Assembly: GCA_036785375.1 (NCBI GenBank)
Contig: JAWMAR010000122.1
Location: 4,526,001 to 4,590,000 of the forward strand
Length of the DNA: 64,000 nt
Source: Leucoraja ocellata
Lineage: Eukaryota
Direction: 5' to 3'
Part shown: piece after piece, positions 1 through 13,007 of the stretch
Position numbering within the stretch: position 1 is the first letter of the stretch
Layout: the number at the start of each line of letters is the position of its first letter
The notes under the pieces: generated by a model
Databases searched by the model: none
Told to the model about the DNA's origin: nothing
Seen by the model: the letters and a program-made list of their open reading frames with translations, nothing else
Position numbers and translations under genes: made by a program

Positions 1-787
1 CATAAGTGTGTAGAATAGTGATAGTTTACGGAGTAATTGCTGGTTGCGGGGTCAAAGTGCCAGTTTCAGTGCTGTTTCTCTGATGTCTAAAGTCTGAAAA
101 CTAAACTGGAAAAATAGAAAGTAAGTGTGTTTTAAGTTGCAGGGAGAGGGAGGGGTGAAGAGAACAAAGGGAATGTTTATGATATGATGGAGACCAAGTG
201 TTCTCAGCTAACTTCTAGTTCTTGAAAGCTATCTTCCCGAGGGACACTATTTGATCACCTTGATAACAAGATGATCCTATCCTTCAGGTGAGGTTCATTC
301 AACACAACTTGCTTTACGCGAAGATGGACGGTGAACTCAAATGTGGCCTCGTGGAGCTGGCACCAGGGCAATCTCTTCCATCTTTCCAGCATGCAGGCCA
401 CTGGTGGGCCTACACATCCTGATCCTACCCTCTAATCAAATCCTCTGCACATGCCAGAGATGGTGTCAGGTGGTGAGACGATGTTCCCGCTTCGTCACTC
501 AGCCACTGACACCAGGCCAGAGAAGGAACAGGGAAGCTTAGTCCCCTCCCCCCTCCATCTCTCCTTGACAACATTCCCCACCTTCCTGTCAGTCTGCAGA
601 AGGATCCCAATCTGAAACTTCACCTGTCCATGTCTTTCGGAGTAACTGAGTTACTCCAGCACTTTGTGTTCTACTCGTTTTTGTAGTGCTCTGCAATTAT
701 CTCACCATATGCAACCCACCTCCTGAACCTTTTATCTTTTTCATTAACGTGGACTGTGTCTTTAACTGTTGGGGATCTCATGCATAA

Positions 788-1354
788 ACACTCACCAACT
801 TCTACAAATGCGCCGTAGAAAGCATTCTATCTGGATGCATCATTGTTTGGTTTTGGAACAGCTCCATCCAAGACCACAAATATTGCAGCTCACTGTGGTC
901 ACAGCCCACACCATCACACAGACCAACCTCCCTGCATTGACTTAATTTACACCTCACGCTGCATCGGAAAGGCCACCTGCATAATCAAGGATGAGTCGCA
1001 CCCTGGCCACTCCTTCTTCTCCCCTCTCCCATCGGGCAAAAGGTGTAGATGTGTGAAAATGCACAACTCCAGATTCAGGGAAAATTTCTTCCCAGCTGTT
1101 ATCAGGTAACTGAACCATCCTACCAACAACTAGAGAGCATGCCTGAACTACTAATTACCTCGTTGGAGATCTTCCGACTATCTTTAATTGGACTTTACTG
1201 ACTTTATCTTGCACTAAACATTATTCACATAATTCCCTTTATCATGTATCTGTACACTGTGGATGGCTCGATTGTAATCATGTATTGTCCTTTCGCAACA
1301 AAAGCTTTTCACTTTTCTTCGGTACACGTGACAATAAACTGAACTAAACTAAAC
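788..1354 (+). mobile_element. Rex/Babar LINE 3' fragment
   Basis: The ORF remnant SHPGHSFFSPLPSGKR...FFPAVIR matches the Rex C-terminus. (TAAAC)n tail. Confidence 0.85.
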
Positions 1355-1756
1355 TATGCAACCCACCTCCTGAACCTTTTACCTTCTTCATTAACGTGGA
1401 CTGTGTCTTTAACTGTTGGGGATCTCATGCATAAACACTCACCAACTTCTACAAATGCGCCGTAGAAAGCACTAAACTAAACTATGTTTCCAGTTGCCAA
1501 AAATACGGTAGAGGGTATACTTTCTGCTGGAGGAGCAAGCTGAAGAGGAATGAGCTGTTTCTATTCTCAACCTGAAATGTCACCTATTCCTATTCTTCAG
1601 AGATGCTGCCTGGCCCGATGTTAGAGTTTACAGCCGCCACAGCAATCTCATCAGTCTCTTCAGAGCCCACAAAACCAGAGTGGACACTGTCCGAGGGGCT
1701 GCCCATGCAGATAAATTCACTATATCTTGATAAAAGTAAACAAATATATTTATACT

Positions 1757-2100
1757 TTAGAGATGGATAATGGAAACAGGCGCTTTGGCCCGCCGCGTCC
1801 GTGCTGACCAGTGATTACCCCATACACTTGATTGGTTGATTGATTGATACACTAGGGCCACTCTACACACTAGGGACAATTTACAATTTTACTAAAGTCA
1901 ATAAACCTACAAACCTGTACATCTTTGGAGAGTTGGGAGAAACCGGAGCCCCCGGAGAAAACCTATGCACTCACAAACAGCACATACAAACTCCATTTAG
2001 ACAGCACATATAAATGCCGTACAGACAGCACCTGTAGTCAGGATCGAACGCGGATCTCTGGCGCTGTAAGGCAGCTACTCTACCGCTGCATCACTGTGCC
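1757..2100 (-). mobile_element. V-SINE (HE1-like, tRNA-derived)
   Basis: tRNA-like head (box A/B), V-domain ggttttctccggg...ccggtttctccc, and CR1-derived 3' end cctgtttcc. Confidence 0.8.
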
Positions 2101-2711
2101 AACGTTATTTTATTCTGAAGCACTATGTATACTGTTACATTTTCAGTCCAGGCAGGTAGGTATAAATATGTGTGACATTAGTGATACACTGCAGGAGTTT
2201 TTTTGCACCATTTGACTAAACAATTGGTTCCAGTTATGTGTTTTGGAAGTCTTGACAATGTACAGGCTGCCTGCTGGGAGACACTTGTGGAGACTAACTC
2301 CTTGCATACTTCGGACTTAACCTATTGCATTTCAAACAATCCCTTTGCTCAGTGCTACAAGCTCCTCACGTACCTGATCTGTAGCTACCGAGCTCTCAGT
2401 GTTTGGATATGTTCGCTCATGCAAAGTCCCAGAGGTCTGTGAGTTTGCTAATGTGACACAGAGGCTCTGGAGGTTCCTGGCTCTTGGGAAGATGTTGGTG
2501 TGAACTCTGACTACTTTGGAGAAAATCTGTCAAAACAATTGACCTGCAGCATACTTGTTGGCTGTGTCAGTTGTAGGCAACCATTATTCATGCTGTGGCT
2601 CATGAATGTGCACCAGCAGCTGAGGTAAGAAGAGAAATGTAAACACTTACGAATTCAGCCAAGATAGTTTCCATTCCCTCTAATCCTCAGTATTGCTCCC
2701 TCTCAACGTTA

Positions 2712-3007
2712 GACCAGACTTTAAAGATACAGCATGGAAACAGGCCCTTTGGCCCACCGAGTCCTTGCCAACCAGCGATCATCTGATACACTGGCACAAT
2801 CTTACACACTAGCAACAATTTACAATTTTACTGAATCCAATTAACCTATGGTTTTGGGAGTGTGGGAGGAAACCGGAGCACCCGGAGAAAACCTACACGG
2901 TCACAGCGAGAACATAGAAACTCCATGCAGACAGCACCCAGAGTCAGGATTGAACCTGGGTCTCTGGTGCTGTAAGGCAGCAACTCTGCAGCTGTGCCCC
3001 TGTGCCA
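2712..3007 (-). mobile_element. V-SINE
   Basis: Same consensus, full length. Confidence 0.8.
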
Positions 3008-3379
3008 ACCAATCTCTAGTTTCAACCTTCCTGTGGATGCCCAGGATTATTATTAAGAGAATTTTTACAGCTGATTAAATCTCGTTTTTGTTTTGTGCGT
3101 TACTGATCAGGTTGTAATTGTGTGCAGTTTAATCTCGGTCTTTTGGTGGTTCTGCTTAATGATCAAAGAGGATCAGGGGGAACATCCTTATGAGAATTCT
3201 CATTTTGAATGTGTTATTTGCAGATATTACCAGCAGTCTCAGAAGGCCTTTTTTTATTGTTTGGACAGAAATAGTAAAGATGGATGAATGGATCAAATAA
3301 CATGCAGCTTAATATAAACACACAATGGAAAGCTCCATCATTAGGTTTCACTGTGTAGTTGCTCCAGTGGTTGTATTTA

Positions 3380-3565
3380 AAGTGTAAGAAGGAACTGCAG
3401 ATGCTGGTTTAATCTGAATATAGGCACAAAAAGCTGGTGTAACAAAAAGCTGGAGTGACGTTTCTGGTCGGGTCTGAAGAAGGGTCTCGACCCGAAACGT
3501 CACCCATTCCTTCTCTCCAAAGATGCCGCCTGTCCAACAGAGTTACTCCAGTTTTTTGTGTCTAT
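3380..3565. mobile_element. Inverted doublet of the PLE terminal repeat
   Basis: A minus copy followed by a plus copy of the ...gatgctgcc...gagttactccagc... repeat. CTCCAGTGGTTGT is duplicated at 3362-3374 and 3566-3578. Confidence 0.8.
3470..3505 (+). ncRNA. Minimal hammerhead ribozyme motif in a PLE-derived repeat
   Basis: GGGU-CUGAAGA-A-GGGU(CUCG)ACCC-GAAA-CG-UC/ACCC. The core is intact, stem I is GGGU/ACCC, stem III is a vestigial palindrome (ACGU), and the predicted cleavage is after C3501. Confidence 0.7.
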
Positions 3566-3899
3566 CTCCAGTGGTTGTGTTATTGGGCTTTACATCCTCA
3601 ACAGCAAATAAGCAATTGGTTCGATGTTTAATCGCATGCCTTAGCAAAGAAGCTTGACCAGTCATGGTGATTTATCCTCAACTTCACTGGCCCAGAGCAC
3701 AAAGTGGCTTAGCAGAACAAGAATAGAGTTCCCTTGGTCCTCACCATTCACCTCACCATCCTCTGCCATGCATGTTCTCTGGAGATGCTGCCTGAGCTGC
3801 TGAGTCATTACAGCAGTTTGTGTCTTCTTTTAATGAGAAACTGACCATTGACTGTCATGACGCCTCCCCCCACTCTCCCCTCCCATCCCCCCAGTACAT

Positions 3900-4236
3900 T
3901 GATTGAAAGACCCACAGAGTCCGTTCCCACCATTGATCACCTGTTCACACTAATTCTGCTATCCCATTTTCGCATCCACTCTCTGCACACTAGGGGCAAT
4001 TTTACAGAGGCCAATTAACTTACAAACCCACACGTCTTTGGGATGTGGGAGGAAACCAGAGCACCCATAATTTTTAAGTCACTGATCAGGTTGGAATTGA
4101 ATGCAGTTTAATCTCTGACTCATGGTAACATGGAGAACATACAAACTCCACACAGACAGCACCCCGAGTCAGGATTTAACCCAGGCCTCCGGTGCTATGA
4201 GGCAGCAGCTCTACCGGCTATGCCACTATGCCACCC
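3900..4236 (-). mobile_element. V-SINE with an internal foreign insert
   Basis: Consensus is interrupted at ~4067-4120. Confidence 0.75.
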
Positions 4237-4246
4237 ATTGACATCA

Positions 4247-4660
4247 TTACTCCCACTATCTTGCTTGTATTTTCCCCCATTCCCATCCCCCTTCGTGTGC
4301 TCACATTTCTCCCATTATCCTGCCTCTCTCCCCACCCTGGGTCTCCTTCCACCTATATCCCTCCCTTTAGCTTTACAATTCACTCCTCTCCTTATCTGAA
4401 ACCATTTTGTCTCCTTTTCATCTCTGGCGTTTGTCCACCCGTCTGCAAATCAAAACTCATTCACCTATCAATTTCCAGGCTTTGTACCACCACTACCCAT
4501 CTATTTTTCCAGCTTTCTCCCCCCTGCAGCAATCAGTCTGAAGAAGGGTCCTGAGCCATAGCATCGCCTATTCATTCATTCCACAGATGCTGCCTGACAT
4601 GCTGAGTTACTCCATCACTTTGTGTTTTACGCAAGATTCCAGCATCTGCAGTCCCTTGTC
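4247..4660 (+). mobile_element. PLE 3' end fragment with terminal repeat
   Basis: Pyrimidine-rich 3' region, then agtctgaagaagggtc, gatgctgcctgac and the cagcatctgcag tail. Confidence 0.7.
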
Positions 4661-5122
4661 TCCCCACTAGTCTATGTTACTGATCTCAATGTACTTTCAG
4701 CTCCACATTCCCACCTCCTCTCATTCACATTTCACACCCCTTATTTATAAAGAATCTATCTTCCTATGCCAGAAAAAAAATGTTCAAAGTTTATGTTTCC
4801 AACTGGGGGAAAGAAAATTGCCTGATTTCCATCTCGGATGGACAACCTCCGATTTACTTGCAATAACTCCTCCGCTCTAGATTCTCCCTCAAGCGGAAGC
4901 GGAAACTATGAGCTTGGATCTAACTTGGCTGTGATGTTCCATTGTTTGCTCCCACTGCTGAAACTTGTTGTTCAAGCCCACATGTTAAAATGCTTTTAAT
5001 CAGAATTTCTGTAGAAGCTCTCCATAACACCGGTTTGATTTGTAGGAGGACAAGATGTTTCTGTTTGATGTTTTTATCTTACATTATCCATCTAATCATA
5101 TTTACATTAAATGAGTTTTATG

Positions 5123-5550
5123 ACGGCACAGTGGCACAGTGGTAGAGTTGCTGTCTTACAGCGCCAGAGACCCGGGTTTGATCCTGACTATGGGTGCTGT
5201 CTATATGGAGCTTGTACGTTCTCCCTGTGACCGCGTGGGTTTTCTCTGGGTGTTCCGGTTTCCCCCCACAGACATGCAGGTTTGTAGGTTATGTAGGAAG
5301 GAACTGCAGATGCAAGTTACTCTGCTACCAAATGAGAAAAAGGATGGGTGACGATCTCGGTCGGAACCTTTCATTAGACCAAGTCAGATCCTTTTTCAGG
5401 TCAGGTTTGTATGTTAATTGGCTTCTATAAATTGTAAATTGTCCCTGGTGCGTAGGATAGTGCTGGTGTACAGGGTGATTGCTGGTGGGTATGTACTTGG
5501 TGGGCTGACGGGCCTGTTTCTACGCTGTGCCTCTAAGTAAAGTAAAGAGC
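5123..5550 (+). mobile_element. V-SINE interrupted by a PLE repeat piece
   Basis: ggcacagtggcacagtggtagag head and V-domain, with an insert at ~5290-5385. Confidence 0.8.
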
Positions 5551-5886
5551 AAAAATCTTTATGTTTAGCAGCTTAAAGTTATGCACCACTATGTCATGGG
5601 TGAAGGAAGTTCGAAGCTGCAACACTAAAACAATGGCACATTTGCCTTGCCTGCTACAAGCTTTAGAGTTATCTAACAAGCTACCGTGCCAGCATGGAGG
5701 ACAGGCATGCGGCAATACTTATCAGCAGGAGCTTTTGCACCATGTTAAGGCTGTGAAAAATAACAAACTAAATAAATATTTCAGTGTGTTTCAATCCAGA
5801 AGGTGCATGTAGAAGGAAATGTTTCCTGTGTGTTAAATCCTGCCTCACTGGCCTCTTGGAAACAACATTAAGCCGCAAGGTAGCAA

Positions 5887-6370
5887 TGTAGAAACAAGGA
5901 ACTGCAGAAGCTGCTAAAGAGACTAAGGGATGCAAAGTGTTGGAGTAACTCAGCAGGTCAGACAACATCTCTGGAGAACATGGATAAATGACGTTTCGGG
6001 TTGGGACCCTCCTTCAGATTGATTGTGGTGGGGAGGGGGGGGTGGGGAGAAGAAAGATAGAAGAGGGGAGAGGCAGGACAAGGTGTGGTAGCTAATAGGT
6101 GGAATCAGGCAAGCGGGGAGGGGGGAGGGGATGTTAGGCAGATGGCTGCACTAAAGCTACCCCTCCTCCTTTCCTTCTAGCATCATAGTTTGAAACTCTT
6201 CAACCCTCTCTCATATTCTGTTTTTATCTTTGCCCTTTGTCCCAACCTTATTCCTCCCCTCCCCTCCTCCTCCTTCTCCACTACAGTAGGGTCACAACAC
6301 AACATTACCTATCCATGTTCTCCAGAGATGCTGCCTAACCTGCAGAATTACTCCAGCACATTGTGTCCTG
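5887..6370. mobile_element. PLE-derived inverted repeat pair
   Basis: Minus copy at ~5887-6150 and plus copy at ~6290-6370 of the same terminal repeat. Confidence 0.7.
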
Positions 6371-6639
6371 TAGAGACGACCAATGGCTCGTACATGAAAC
6401 TGCTTCTCACATTAAAAATATATGGTGCTGAAAGTATAAGCTTTCTGTGACATATAGTACAGCTATCCACGTCAGCTGTACTATAATACTAAGGCAAAAT
6501 CTGATCCTAGTCCTCTTGTGGTGCTTGAAATGCCCATTTCTCTGATCTGGTCCACTGGGATAAAATATTTACAAATCACATTTCGAATTTTGCTATCAAA
6601 CGCAGTTTCAAACAAGATATACCTTAAAAGCATAATTGG

Positions 6640-6997
6640 ACACCACAAAGAACTGCAGATGCTGGAACAATCGAAAATGTGGACAAAAACTGCTGGAGAA
6701 ACTCAGCGGGTGGGGCAACATCTATGGAGAGAAGGAATAGGTGACATTTCAGGTCGAGACCCTTCTTCAGGCTGATGTCAGGGGGAGGGGGGGGGCGGGA
6801 TAAAGAAAGGAAGTAGGCAGAGACAGTAGGACTGTGGGAGAACTGGGAAGGGGAGGGGAAGGAGGTAGAAAGCAAGAGCTATCTAAAATTAGAGAAGTCA
6901 ATGTTTATACCGCTAGGGTGCAAACAACCTAAGTGAAATATGAGGTGCTGTTCCTCCAATTTGCACTGGGCCTCACTCTGGCAATGGAGGAGGCCCA
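6640..6997 (-). mobile_element. PLE 3' fragment (end of GIY-YIG region + terminal repeat)
   Basis: Collinear with 57707-58030 (tcaatgtttat...aatatgaggtg...ggaggaggccca). The minus-strand hammerhead core CUGAAGA...GAAAUGUC is at ~6739-6775. Confidence 0.85.
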
Positions 6998-8363
6998 ATG
7001 AACATCATGTGTTCACTGCACTCAAGGCATAACAACTGTACAGTGTCTGAGACAAGGTCCTAACCTAAAACATCACTTATCCATGTCCTCCAAAGACGTT
7101 GCCTGATCTTCTGAGTTAATCAAACACATTGTGCTCTACTTTTGGATAGATCATTGGATTATAATGGATCTGTCAACACATAGAGTGTCCTATGTCTGAG
7201 AAGCTTAAATCCTCAGAATGAGTCTGAAGAGGGGTCCCGACACAAAACGTCACCTATCCTTTTTCTCCACAGATGCTGCCCAACCCGTCGTGTCTACCTA
7301 GAGTGTCCTAAACCAATCAAACTTTATTTAGCAAATAATTGTGTTTTTATTTTGTCAAATTTATAACTGTTTCAAAATTATTCGCATCTATCCAGGGGAT
7401 AGCTGTTTGAAATATTTAAAAATAGAAATTTGGATGTGCATTCAATCAAATCAGACAACAAGTAATAACTACTCACACTGTTAATTAAGCTGTTTCAGTA
7501 CAGCTACATTACTGGCATCTACCCAACAACATGGAGCATTGCCAATTTATGGCCCATACATGAAAAGCAAGACAAATACAATCCAGCCAATTACCTTCTA
7601 TCAATCTTCCCTCCATTTAACCACAGATAGACATTTGCTCACCAATTACCTGTCTCAGTTTACCTTGAGTTTCACTAGGGCCACTCTATACTGACCTAGA
7701 ATGACTTGGACCAAACGTGGGTAAAAGAGCAGAACTCCCAACTTGTGATGAGGGAGATTGCACTTTACATCACGGTAGCTTTTGTGTGTGCCATTTTCCT
7801 GTAGCTTTCATTTTATTTCTATATCTGGTCTTTTCCCAGTAGATCAGACTGCTGCACAAGATCACCCAGACTTTACAACACATTACACTGACAAAAGAGC
7901 TCATCTTTTCACAGACTGCAAAGCACGCATCGGGAAAAAAAAGCTTTTCACTGCATCTCGGTACATGTGACAATAAACTAAACTAAACTAGAATAAACAA
8001 AACTAGACTAATCGAAACATGGGTGTTGTGGATTTAGCATCAACAGTGAAGCTTTCCTGGAGCAAGGTGCGGAAATTAGATCATAGTGAAAAGGATTGTA
8101 AAACAATGACAGATTCAGCCCGATTCTCACTACCAGTAGAATTACCCAAAGCTTATGTAACAATATCAAGATGGGAGCAGACCCAAGAGCAGAGAAGACA
8201 CAGGAGTAGTTAAATTCAAAAGTTTTGTTTTTAGTTAACCACAGTTTAATACAGCATGGAAACCGCCCCTTCAGCCACTGGGTCCACTGATTGCTGATTA
8301 GCTATCACCAGTTCAGGCTGGATCTATGTTATCCCACTTTCTTATCCACTCCCTACACATTAG

Positions 8364-8527
8364 NNNNNNNNNNNNNNNNNNNNNNNNNNNNNNNNNNNNN
8401 NNNNNNNNNNNNNNNNNNNNNNNNNNNNNNNNNNNNNNNNNNNNNNNNNNNNNNNNNNNNNNNNNNNNNNNNNNNNNNNNNNNNNNNNNNNNNNNNNNNN
8501 NNNNNNNNNNNNNNNNNNNNNNNNNNN
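8364..8527. other. Assembly gap (164 N)
   Basis: Run of n. Confidence 1.
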
Positions 8528-8850
8528 GACCGAAATTATGTTGCCTGCAGTCATACACAGAATCAATAATAACAAAACATACAATAAACACAAATTAAAC
8601 ATCCACCACAGTGAGTTCACCAAGCACCTCCTCACTGTGATGGGGGCAAAGTCTTAGTCTCCGTCTCTTCCCTCCTTGTTTTCCCTCTGCGCTGAGGCGA
8701 TCGATCCAGGCCGAAAATGCCGCTCTCCAGTCCAGCGGACCTCCGTGGTGATGTCGCCGCCGCCGAAAGCCGGAACGCCGTCTCTGCTCCGAGACGGCCT
8801 GCCACAGCATCAGCTCCGGGCAGCCGCCCCCGCTCCAGGTCCCGCAGTCT
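8528..8850 (-). mobile_element. 5'-truncated copy of the 23478-24440 family
   Basis: The reverse complement closely matches ~24110-24405. It abuts the N gap. Confidence 0.85.
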
Positions 8851-9167
8851 CCTGCAAACCCTCACGTCTTTGGGATGTGGGAGGAAACCGGAGCACCCGA
8901 TGGAAACCAATGCGGTCACAGGGAGAATGTTCAAACTCCACACAGACAGCAACCAAAGTTAGGATCGAACCCTGGCCTCTGCCATTTTGCCATTGTACCC
9001 CAATATTTGATCACAAAAATGTGATTTTTCTCCCCCAACTTGGAAGGAGGCCAATCAGCCCATTGAGTCTATGCCAACATTCAAAGCAATCCTATTGATT
9101 CCATCCCCCCACTTGTTTTTCTACAATATTCACTCCCATGTGCCCCTTATCGCTCCTCCAATTTTAG

Positions 9168-9445
9168 GGGCGGCGCAGTGGCGCAGCAGCAGAGTTGCTG
9201 TCTCACAGCGCCAGAGACCCAGGTTCAATCATAACTATAGGTGCTGTCTGTACAGAGTTTGTACGTTCTCCCTGTGACTGCGTGGGCTTTCTCCAGGTGC
9301 TCTGGTTTTGTCCCACACTCAAAAGACCTACAGGTTTGTACGTTCATTGGCTTCTGTAAAATTGGCTGTAGTGTGTTGGATATAACAAATGCTGGTTGGC
9401 ACAGATACAGTGGGCTGAGGGGCCTGTTTCCATGCTGTATCTGAG
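9168..9445 (+). mobile_element. V-SINE
   Basis: Consensus head, V-domain and 3' end. Confidence 0.8.
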
Positions 9446-10354
9446 CAAAACAATTCTCCTCTAGCCCACCCATCATTAATTTAGATTAAGGTAGCTAATT
9501 AAACTACCAATCCTCGTGTCTTGTTATGTGCAAATAAACCAGAGCGTCTGGAGGAAACCCACACGGCCGCAGGGAAAACATGCAAACTCCACAGTGTCAG
9601 CAATGGGGATGACAATCCAACACATGTCACCAGGAATTATGGGATAGTAGTACTACCTTATGTACCACTGTGCTGCCTTATGATTTATAATAGTAGAAGC
9701 TGCTTTGTGTACTTTTATAGATCTGGTCAGGATAACGATGGCTCTGATATCTCAAGGGACACCATTATTGTTACTTCAGGATTGATATTGAGAAATGGAG
9801 CAAGGCTTGATCATTCAGCATCTCTCTAACATGTAAAGGCAGACTGATGAAATTGGTAAGAGTAGTTAAGGGAAGGGAAAAGTATATGAATTGATGAATT
9901 ATGGCCTCTGGCTAGCCTTCATACCAGAAATCTTGCATAAAATTGGCAAATATTTAAGCAGTTATTTAAGTGCTTTTAGCAGGTTTTTGGGCAGATGATA
10001 AAAATGAATAGGTGAACACATCTGTTTTCTGACAAGTTAATTTGCAACAGATTGTCAGTTTTGTTGCTGTGTAAAAATATATCAACACAGAAATGGCTCT
10101 TATTATGTGTATATATGAAGATGTCTTGTGCTGAATATATTTAAAGCGGGAAATCAATACCTTTAAGTTATGTCCTTCAGAATAACTCGCACCGACTGCA
10201 TTTCAGCTGAAAGGGCCCCACAGTACTTGTGATTTTTAGGACATCAATCTAAACCACTTATGCACCACTAGTTTTTGTTTTAATGATACAGCATGTAAAC
10301 GGGCTCTTCAACCCACTGAATCCACACTGACTAATGATCACCCATTTTTCACCC

Positions 10355-10660
10355 CAGGGAATAGATCAGGTAGACACACAGTCTTGCTCCGAGTAGGGGA
10401 ATCAAGAACTAGAGGACATAGGTTTAAGGTGAGGAGGGAAGATTTAATAGGAATCCAAAGGGTAACTTTATCACACAAAGGGTGGAGGGCGTATCAAACG
10501 AGCGGCCAGAGAAGGTAGTTGTGGCACGAACTATTGCAATGTTTAAGAAAAGAATAGACAGGTACATGGATAGGACAGGCTTAGAGAGAGATGGGCCAAA
10601 TGCAGGCAGATGGGCAAATTGGGCTGAAGGGCTTGTTTCCACTCTGTATCACTCTATGGC
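10355..10660 (+). mobile_element. CR1/HER1-like LINE 3' fragment inside a V-SINE
   Basis: Remnant of TRGHRFKV...FTQRVV...FKK-LDRYM and the 3' tail. Confidence 0.8.
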
Positions 10661-11287
10661 TCTATTCACACTAGTTCTATCTTATCTCACTCATGGGGCA
10701 ATTTTGCAGAAGCCAACTAACCTACAAACATACATATATTTGCGATGTGGGAGGAAACCGGAGCACCTGGAAGAAACCTATACGGTTGAAGAGCCTGCTT
10801 TGTATCTTTCTGAAATTCTATGACTCTTCTTCCCACTAGGGGCCTTACAGTGACTTACCACATGAGAGACTAAAGAGTGGGAGACACGGGCTGCTTAGTG
10901 CCAGTAAGTTAACTGCAAAAGACAAAGAAGAATAGAGGATTTTATAGCATAAATATTGTAACATCATTTATCTTAGATTTGGACCATGGAATCAAAACAA
11001 AGTATGGATCTGCAAATTATGTCTATTTCGTAGAGGAGACCCAGTAGTGAGGAGGATTACACCCAATTAGAGGAATGCATTATGCAGTTTCCATAATAGA
11101 CAATTAATTGCCAAAGCAATTTCTATCTGGATTATTGTGAGTACATTTTAATAAAGAGTTAGCATTTGTTAGGTTGAGAATTGGAATGGGAAAGAAATAG
11201 AAACTTGCAGATGGAGGAGAAGGCAAAGAACAAAGAGTGGGAGGAATTCAGTGGGTCAGGTAGCATTTGTGAAGAGAAAACGACATA

Positions 11288-11568
11288 CAGTTTGAGTTTG
11301 AGTTTAGTTTATTGTCATGTGTACCGAGGTACAGTGAAAAGCTTTTGTTGTGTGTTAATCATTCAGTGGAAAGACAAAACATGATTCCAATCGAGCCATC
11401 CACAGTGTACAGATACATGATGAAGGGAATAATGTGAATAACTTTTAGTGCAAGATGAAGTCCAGCAAAGTCCGATCAAAAATATCTAAGGGTCTCCAAT
11501 AAGGTAGAAAGTGGCTCAGGGCTGCTCTTTAGTTGTTGGTAGGATGGTTCAGTTGCTTGATAACACCT
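11288..11568 (-). mobile_element. Rex/Babar LINE 3' UTR fragment
   Basis: Reverse complement of ~1095-1354. Confidence 0.8.
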
Positions 11569-12084
11569 TGGTTTGGTAATTTGGATTCGGTCCCTGCTTC
11601 AGACTGATAAGAAAAAGCTAAGTTTGGGGACCAATAGTAACTTATTCATACACTTCATATGTATTATCCTCATATGAAAGTTCCCGATCCAAAACGTTAC
11701 CTATCCATGTTCTCCAGCGATGCTGCCTGACCTGTTGAGTTATCTCCAGAGCTTTGTGTCTTTCCTTCCACACATGTAGGATAAGTCAATGCCACACAAA
11801 AACACTGTTGACCACCCCCCTTCTTGCCGTCAGTTTGCTAACTGTTGGGTGATGAATCTTGGATAAATATATCTTTGGGTTATGGTTATCCTGTTCTCCT
11901 CATGAAAAGGAGATACTTGGACATTATTTTATGTTGCTAGGGAGACGCTAGTATTGTTGCAATGTTGTGATAGTTCAACTGAGGAGTGGCCATTCCTGAA
12001 GCACTTCTTTAAGCGTTGATGGTAGGATGATGTTATAGTTCATTGGTAAATCCTGAATAATCAACCATTTCTGGATATTGTTAA

Positions 12085-12378
12085 GTTCAGTTTGGTTTAG
12101 AGATATGGCATGGAAACCGGCCCCATGGCTCATCGATTCCGCACTGACCAGTGATCACCATACACGAACACTATCCTACACACTATAGGGACACTTTACA
12201 ATTTTACCAAAGCCAATTAGCCTACAAACCTGTATGTCGGCGGAAACTGGCATTCTCGGAGAAAACCCATGCAGGTCATGGGGCGAATGTACAAACTACG
12301 TTCAGACAACACCTGTGGTTAGGATCAAACCCAGGTCTGAAACGCAGTAAGGCAGCAACTCTACCACTGTGCCACCAT
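12085..12378 (-). mobile_element. V-SINE
   Basis: Consensus match. Confidence 0.75.
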
Positions 12379-13007
12379 ACCAGATTGTGTGATATGTTTG
12401 CCTTGTCTCAAGCAGCTGAAGACATTAAGTTGATTATCTTTGGAGTTCATGGTAAATGTCGAGATGTTTCCACAAGTTGGAGAGCCTCAGATGATGAAAA
12501 AGATAGTTGCAAGATAAAGAGCTTCAAGCAAACTAATTTAATTATTAGTTTTCTTGAAGCTGCTGGAAATCAACTGACTTTTTAAGTAATCCTTCTCGAC
12601 GAATTACTTGTGCTTCACAGTTCCTGCTTTAAATTACTCATGAGTCAAGAGTCAAGAGTGTTTAATTGTCATCTCTACCGGCAATGGAGCAATGAAATTC
12701 TTACTTGCTGCAGCTGAGCAGTCCCATTAACATGAATACATACAAATAATACATTACATTAATAATCAGTAATACTAGATAACCAGACCACTGCAAAATC
12801 CAAGTGAATGGTGCAAACAAAGTCCATAGAAGAGAATTGTTGCTGAGGTAGTGGTTAGTATTGTGTAGTATTCAAGTTGAATGCTAAATGACCAACCTCT
12901 CAAAGCATTTCATCGCCACAGACATGAGGTATGTCACCTCACACTTCTTGGGCAACATTTTATGGATGTGATCTTAAAACTGGTGGAAGCTTTAGCACTT
13001 AGGACAT

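Noticed and set aside
245-545. GC-richer unique segment as a candidate next ASTN1 exon
   Set aside because: The minus-strand sequence does not give the expected GGMIALLL/EIHYIPSV motifs.
2200-2630. Exon-like plus-strand region ending in GAG/GTAAGA
   Set aside because: No long open frame or recognisable peptide. A non-coding exon cannot be excluded but is unsupported.
5123-5200. tRNA-like sequences with box A/B (many copies)
   Set aside because: These are SINE heads continuing into V-domains, with no complete cloverleaf or CCA.
8291-8635. ORFs containing X runs
   Set aside because: They are artefacts of the N gap.
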